A stretch of 64,000 nt of DNA from an uncultured Gammaproteobacteria bacterium (GTDB lineage: Bacteria; Patescibacteriota; Microgenomatia; Daviesbacterales; UBA10151): the NCBI GenBank assembly GCA_964551605.1, contig CAZKCV010000005.1, positions 7,104 to 71,103 of the forward strand, written 5' to 3'. Made by a program: the position numbers and the translations under genes. This document shows positions 58,720 to 64,000 of the stretch, in pieces. How positions within the stretch are numbered: the stretch's first letter is position 1; each line of letters opens with the position of its first letter. The notes beneath the pieces were generated by a model, which ran no database searches, had not been told where the DNA came from, and worked only from the letters and a program-made list of their open reading frames with translations.

Positions 58720-59826
58720 ATGGATCTCCGGCCAATCTTGCTACAACAAAAAGCAGCATATAACAAGCTAGTTACCCATGTTATCCAATCTTGGGAGTGG
58801 GGAGAGTTTAGAAAATCCTTGGGAATTCCAGTATTACGGTATAGCATTTACCAAAACGGGAAATTATCAAAGGCTTTTCAGCTAACCTTACATAAAATCC
58901 CTTTTACCAACCAATATGTTGGTTATTTACCGAAAGGTCCTTTTCCGGATAAAGATTTAACAGAAGCCTTAAAAAAAGTTGGCAAGGAAAATAATTGCGC
59001 CTTTATAAAAATTGAGCCGGATATAAAACAGGTTACAGGCAATAAGCAGAGCTTCTCTATGAGTAAGCAGAGCTTGCGACCTAACGGTCTTAGGTTACAG
59101 GTTGCAGATGGATTCATTTCATCCCCCAAGCCATTGTTTACCAAATACAACTTTTTATTAGACCTGACCAAATCCGAAGAAGAACTTTTGAAAAGTATGC
59201 ATCCTAAAACCAGATACAACATACGAGTGGCGGAAAAACATGGGGTTAAAGTAGAAGAAAGAACTGATGACGAGGCTTTTAAGATTTATTTAAAGCTTTA
59301 TTTTGATACTACCAAAAGACAAGGCTATCACGGCCACAATGAGAATTACCACCGAGAGGTTTGGAAAACTCTCAAAAACGCAGGGATGGCTCGTTTGCTG
59401 ATTGCTTACTACCAACTACCTGCCCGCAATGCTAGCGCAAGCGCTGCAGGCGGGCCACCTACCACCTACCACCTAACCGCCTGGATGCTGTTAAATTTCA
59501 AGGGCACTTTATATTACCCTTACGGCGGCTCCTCTATAGCCCACAGGGAAGTGATGGCTAATAATTTGGTGGCCTGGGAAGCTATTAAACTTGGTAAAAA
59601 ATTAGGGCTTAAAAAGTTTGACATGTGGGGAGCACTCGGCCCTAATGCTGACCCCAAAGACCTTTGGTTTGGATTCCATAAATTCAAACAAGGATACGGG
59701 GGACAACTAGTGGAGTATATCGGCACCTATGATTTAGTCTTCAATTGGCCGGTGTATTGGATGTTTACTTTAATAGATAAATTAACACCTCTTAAGGTTT
59801 TTCTGCTAAAATTGCTGGGAAAATAA
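58720..59826 (+). CDS. FemABX family peptidoglycan bridge aminoacyltransferase
   Basis: QSWEWG.F, YLPKGP, FIKIEP, KTRYNIRVAEK.GV, FK.GYGG. Confidence 0.93.
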   Translation: MDLRPILLQQKAAYNKLVTHVIQSWEWGEFRKSLGIPVLRYSIYQNGKLSKAFQLTLHKIPFTNQYVGYLPKGPFPDKDLTEALKKVGKENNCAFIKIEPDIKQVTGNKQSFSMSKQSLRPNGLRLQVADGFISSPKPLFTKYNFLLDLTKSEEELLKSMHPKTRYNIRVAEKHGVKVEERTDDEAFKIYLKLYFDTTKRQGYHGHNENYHREVWKTLKNAGMARLLIAYYQLPARNASASAAGGPPTTYHLTAWMLLNFKGTLYYPYGGSSIAHREVMANNLVAWEAIKLGKKLGLKKFDMWGALGPNADPKDLWFGFHKFKQGYGGQLVEYIGTYDLVFNWPVYWMFTLIDKLTPLKVFLLKLLGK

Positions 59827-60332
59827 TGGATACTACACTAATAATTTCAGGCGGGATCTTACTGGGTTGTCTCATCAGTCTGTCCTGGTTTGCCGGCTCC
59901 GATGCTCCCTATGTTCCTACTAAAATAGGCCAGATTAGAAAAGTCCTAAAAATGGCCGGTGTTAAAAAGGGCAAAAAATTTTATGAGTTAGGATCAGGAG
60001 ATGGCCGGGTAGTTTTGGAGGCAGCTAAACTTGGGGCCTATTCTTTCGGCATAGAACAATCCTGGATCAGAGTCCTATATTCTAAATATAAAGCCTTCAG
60101 ATTACACCCCAAGGGTGTAATCGTAAGTTTCTACCATGGGAATATATTCGCAAAAAGTTATAACGACGCGGATATTGTTTATATTTATCTTTTACACAAA
60201 GGGGTAAGGAAATTAGAAGATAAACTACAAAAAGAATTAAAAAAGGGAACCGTTGTTATCACCCAAACTTATCACTTCCCCAACTGGAAACCTTTTAAGA
60301 AAGAGGGGGATTTCCGGTTCTACCACTCTTAA
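59826..60332 (+). CDS. Class I SAM-dependent methyltransferase (FAM173-like)
   Basis: APYVPT, ELGSGDGR, ADIVYIYL. Confidence 0.9.
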   Translation: MDTTLIISGGILLGCLISLSWFAGSDAPYVPTKIGQIRKVLKMAGVKKGKKFYELGSGDGRVVLEAAKLGAYSFGIEQSWIRVLYSKYKAFRLHPKGVIVSFYHGNIFAKSYNDADIVYIYLLHKGVRKLEDKLQKELKKGTVVITQTYHFPNWKPFKKEGDFRFYHS

Positions 60333-60946
60333 AAACCCAATTTCTCATTAACCAAAATCAAGGTCAGCCTTTGGGGTTGAACCTCTTTATTGATAATTAA
60401 AAGTTTATTTACCGAAGAACCCGCTACACCATAAGCCTTTTTGGCTCTTTCGCTCTCCAGAGGTAAACTATGTTCATAAATACGCCTAATTCCCTCTTTT
60501 GTATTTTTAACGATTTTTTGCACCCCCACCACCCAGATTATTTTCAATGCGCCATATGCATAGGCTGGCAGCTGACTACCGGTATTTGAGGCAATTAACA
60601 CATGTCCGTCTTCCGTGACAGCATGAACACTACCCAAAGCATACTGTGGCGCTGCTCCCAGTTTATTCATCTCCTGGGCCTGGGTAGCCCGGTCCATGGC
60701 ATAGAGCTTATCTCTAACCGGCTTAAATTTGCTGTTTTCTTGGTTTATTTCTACAGACAAACCAATAGTGTCTAAGGTGGTGGAGGTCATGGTCATGACT
60801 TCGCTGCCGGCCGGAACCTCTCTCAAAACCAGCTCTTTCGCCTCCTTACCGGTTTCCACAAATTTGGCCTCAATGCCATTTGCCTTTAAACTTTCTATTG
60901 TTTTAGCAATTGTTTCTTTATTTGCCGGTTGATCCCATTTGCTCAT
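60329..60946 (-). CDS. LUD domain (lactate utilisation LutC-like) protein
   Basis: SVHAVTEDG, SNTGSQ, VVGVQKIV, E.LGF. Confidence 0.85.
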   Translation of the reverse strand: MSKWDQPANKETIAKTIESLKANGIEAKFVETGKEAKELVLREVPAGSEVMTMTSTTLDTIGLSVEINQENSKFKPVRDKLYAMDRATQAQEMNKLGAAPQYALGSVHAVTEDGHVLIASNTGSQLPAYAYGALKIIWVVGVQKIVKNTKEGIRRIYEHSLPLESERAKKAYGVAGSSVNKLLIINKEVQPQRLTLILVNEKLGF

Positions 60947-60967
60947 AGTAATTGAGTGAGGAAAAAA

Positions 60968-62053
60968 TTATATAACAATTAATTTCTTTTGTGAATGTGA
61001 CAGTTGCCTTAAGCCTTGTTTTTCCAAAACAAATAAGTCTTCAATTCTTACCCCCCCAAAATTTTCTAAGTAGATTCCCGGCTCAATCGAAAAAACCATT
61101 CCTTCTTTTAAGGCTTCCTTGCTTCTAGGTGAGAGGCTGGGATGTTCGTGAACTTCCAAGCCAATTCCATGACCTACTGAATGAGGAAGTGTCGGATACC
61201 CTTTTGAGATAATATAATCTCTGGCTACTTTATCTACTTCCGCAGCTTTAATCTGTTTATCAGTTTTGATGACATAATTTATATAATCCACTGATTTTTG
61301 CTGGGCTGCCAATACTGTCTCGTAAATTTCCTTTTGCTTACTGGTTGGTTTACCAAAAAACACCGTCCTGGTCATATCAGAACAATAATTATCATATTTA
61401 ACACCGAAGTCGAGAAGGACGAATTGCCCTTCACCAGTCAATTTTGTATTACCTGTTTGATGATGCGGCACGCTGGAGTTTTTACCAAAAGCCACAATCG
61501 GTGGAAAAGAGAGTCTCGCTCCTTTACCTTTAATGAAGTTTTCCAACTCCTCCGCCACCTGTTTTTCAGTTACTCCAGTCCTAATCTTTTTTACAATATA
61601 ATCGAAAGCCAAATCTCCAATCCTACAAGCTTTTTCTATTTTTTTTATTTCTTCCTTAGTCTTAATACTTCTTAATCCAGCAACCTCAAAATGTTTTTTT
61701 TTAAAATGCTTGCTTAAAGATTTGTGTTCTGACACCGTTAAATTGTTTTCCTCAATCCCTAACCGTTTTATTTCTTTTTGGTGTTTTTTAAAAAGATCTT
61801 TCATGGATTTTTTATGTCCTCTTTCAAAAAGGGTTAATTGGGGGACTTGTTTTTTGACTGCCTCAGAATACCTGGCATCAGTAATGATATAGGCAAAATC
61901 GCTGCCGAGAAAAATATACGCCTCCCGTTCCAGGGGTGAAAAGTTGGCATAACCGGAAAAGTAGATAATATTGGAAACTGAAGAGACTAGAACCGCATCC
62001 AATTTTTCTTTTAAAAGTTTCTCTCTAAGGCTTTGTATCCTGTGCTCAAACAT
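60968..62053 (-). CDS. Xaa-Pro peptidase (M24B)
   Basis: TDARY, DFG..Y.SDMTRT, HSVGHGIGLEVHE, EPGIY, GVRIED. Confidence 0.95.
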   Translation of the reverse strand: MFEHRIQSLREKLLKEKLDAVLVSSVSNIIYFSGYANFSPLEREAYIFLGSDFAYIITDARYSEAVKKQVPQLTLFERGHKKSMKDLFKKHQKEIKRLGIEENNLTVSEHKSLSKHFKKKHFEVAGLRSIKTKEEIKKIEKACRIGDLAFDYIVKKIRTGVTEKQVAEELENFIKGKGARLSFPPIVAFGKNSSVPHHQTGNTKLTGEGQFVLLDFGVKYDNYCSDMTRTVFFGKPTSKQKEIYETVLAAQQKSVDYINYVIKTDKQIKAAEVDKVARDYIISKGYPTLPHSVGHGIGLEVHEHPSLSPRSKEALKEGMVFSIEPGIYLENFGGVRIEDLFVLEKQGLRQLSHSQKKLIVI

Positions 62054-62084
62054 GCCCTCATTTTACCATGATATAATCGCCTCA

Positions 62085-63323
62085 ATGAAACTACTGCATT
62101 TTTCTGACCTTCATATTGGCATGGAAAATTACTCTAAATTGGATCCGGAAACAGGGCTTTCCACCAGGCTGCTGGATTTTTTCAATACTTTTGATTTTAT
62201 AGTTGAAACAGCCTTTAAGGAAGATGTTGATGCAGTGATCTTTGCCGGGGATGCCTATAAAACCCGTGACCCTAATCCCACCCAACAAAGGGGCTTTGGA
62301 CAGAGGATTGCCAAAATAGCTAAAAAAATACCGGTGGTTTTAGTGGTGGGAAATCATGACACCCCCAATGCCGAAGGCAAAGCCAACACCTTGGATATTT
62401 ACTCAGCCCTGGAGATAGATAATGTCTGGGTCTCCCGGCATCCGGAGATTTTGCAAATTCCCACCAAATCAGGCAACCTGCAAGTAGTAACTCTCCCCTG
62501 GCTTCACAAGAACGACTACAAAACCATTGCCGAAAAACTAAAATTACTCTATGACAAAATTAAACCTCCGGCATCCGCCGGACCTGCTATTTTAGCTTCC
62601 CATGCTGAAATAACCGGGGCGCAATTTGGCAGTGAAAAAGGTATGGCCATCACCAATGATGTTACCATCCCCCTGCCGCTGCTACAGGATAAAAGGCTAA
62701 ATTATGTGGCGCTGGGCCATATCCACAAACACCAAGTGCTGTCAAAACCAGGCGACTCCCTCTTAATAGTTTACTCCGGCTCGCCCCAGCGGGTAGATTT
62801 TGGAGAAGAAAAAGAAGAAAAAGGGATCTGTCTGGTAGAAATAGGGGGTAACCCGTCGCACGTAGCACGTAGCAAATTAACTGCAACCTACAACCTACAA
62901 CCTAAGAGCGGCAGCTCGCAAGCTTCGCTTACAACCTTCCGTTTCATTCCCACCAATGCCCGCAAATTTCTAACCATTACCATAAGCCTCGATCCCAAAG
63001 ACACCGACCCCACCCAAACCATTATTAAAGAAATTGAAAGCAAAGATATCAAAGACAAAATAGTCAAAGTAGTAATCAATATTCCGGCTGAGTGTGAGCA
63101 GGAAATAGAAATGGACCAGATTAAAAAAGTTTTGAAGGATGCCAATTTTATTGCCGGCATTTCCCGAAATGTTGAAAGGGTTGAACGGGCCAGACTGGAA
63201 ACCTCCGAGGTAGAAAGCCTTACCCCTATCCAGGCTTTGCAAAAATATTTTGAAAGTAAAAAATATTCCCCTGAAAAACAGAAAAAATTAGAACAATACG
63301 CTGCCCAGTTACTGGAAAGTTAA
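62085..63323 (+). CDS. sbcD: Nuclease SbcD (start at ATG 62085)
   Basis: LHFSDLHIG, AGD, GNHD, ALGHIHK.Q, YSGS. Confidence 0.95.
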   Translation: MKLLHFSDLHIGMENYSKLDPETGLSTRLLDFFNTFDFIVETAFKEDVDAVIFAGDAYKTRDPNPTQQRGFGQRIAKIAKKIPVVLVVGNHDTPNAEGKANTLDIYSALEIDNVWVSRHPEILQIPTKSGNLQVVTLPWLHKNDYKTIAEKLKLLYDKIKPPASAGPAILASHAEITGAQFGSEKGMAITNDVTIPLPLLQDKRLNYVALGHIHKHQVLSKPGDSLLIVYSGSPQRVDFGEEKEEKGICLVEIGGNPSHVARSKLTATYNLQPKSGSSQASLTTFRFIPTNARKFLTITISLDPKDTDPTQTIIKEIESKDIKDKIVKVVINIPAECEQEIEMDQIKKVLKDANFIAGISRNVERVERARLETSEVESLTPIQALQKYFESKKYSPEKQKKLEQYAAQLLES

Positions 63324-63330
63324 AATAGTT

Positions 63331-63410
63331 GTCATTCTGAGTGATTAACGAAGAATCTCCAGACTCGTTCTGGAATAAATCTAGAGATCCTTCACTACGT
63401 TCAAGATGAC
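63331..63410. repeat. Intergenic REP-like inverted repeat
   Basis: GTCATTCTGAGTGATTAACGAAGAATCTC...GAGATCCTTCACTACGTTCAAGATGAC; same family as copies in grpE and lepA. Confidence 0.75.
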
Positions 63411-63422
63411 AAAAAGAAAATT

Positions 63423-64000
63423 ATGATACCTAATTTACTTAAATTATCCAACTTCACCAGTTACGGCGAAGATCCTCCGGAACTGGATTTTACTAAATTT
63501 AAACTGGCGGCCATTTCCGGATTAAACGGAGCCGGCAAATCATCTCTACTTGATGCCATAACCTGGTGTTTATGGGGCACTTCCCGGGCTGGGGATTCCT
63601 CGGACGATCTTGTCCATTTGGGTGCCCAGGAAATGAGCGTGGAATTCTCTTTTGAACTGGACAACCACCTTTATACCGTTAAAAGGAAACGGATCAAAAA
63701 AGGCGGCGGCCAAACAGCTTTGGAGCTTTGGTCCAATTCCCACAATTTAACTGAGGGAACAATTAAATCCACCCAACAAAAAATAATAGATAGCCTGCAC
63801 TTAAGTTTTGAAACCTTTACCAATTCTGCCTACCTTCGCCAGGGCCATGCCGATGAATTTACCACCAAGGGTCCGACTGACAGGAAAAGAATCCTGGCAG
63901 ATATTTTGGGACTGGACCACTATGATAAGTTGGAAGAAAAAGCCAAAGAAAAATCCAAAGAAGCCCAAACTAAATTGACCCTGCTGGATTACCAGCTGCT
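63423..64000 (+). CDS. sbcC: SbcC/SMC-family ATPase (5' part)
   Basis: Hand translation MIPNLLKLSNFTSY...ISGLNGAGKSSLLDAITWCLWG; follows sbcD. Confidence 0.95.
   Translation, partial: MIPNLLKLSNFTSYGEDPPELDFTKFKLAAISGLNGAGKSSLLDAITWCLWGTSRAGDSSDDLVHLGAQEMSVEFSFELDNHLYTVKRKRIKKGGGQTALELWSNSHNLTEGTIKSTQQKIIDSLHLSFETFTNSAYLRQGHADEFTTKGPTDRKRILADILGLDHYDKLEEKAKEKSKEAQTKLTLLDYQL

Overview
Bacterial chromosomal segment (code 11) whose gene content and streamlined proteins (N-terminally short IF2, AlaS without C-Ala, leaderless-type promoters, many QKG(F/S)-headed secreted proteins) fit a CPR/Patescibacteria genome, probably Microgenomates (inference). The housekeeping backbone is rpoC'-rpoB, mltG, yqgF, alaS, ftsK, rnj, pnp, rpsO, infB, nusA, hrcA-grpE-dnaK-dnaJ (with CIRCE), lepA, murJ, rpsT, pilN/O, tpiA, pcrA and sbcD-sbcC'. 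It is interrupted by 4-5 toxin-antitoxin-like cassettes. Main signals: (1) a complete diversity-generating retroelement (RT, TR, VR-bearing target, avd). avd is antisense to RT/TR, and its only nearby ATG is out of frame by exactly one unit of a (CA)7C tract, a candidate phase-variation switch for hypermutation. (2) Directly upstream, an 87-aa thioredoxin split in its WCGPC active site by a 479-aa LAGLIDADG intein. (3) TA-bearing cassettes lie between the live 3' end of a conserved gene and an orphan, synonymously different copy of that same 3' end (lepA; G5/3D gene, twice), pointing to insertion by 3'-end replacement. (4) Palindromic and heptamer repeats are inserted in frame in many core proteins. 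All alignments were done by eye; no database searches were run.
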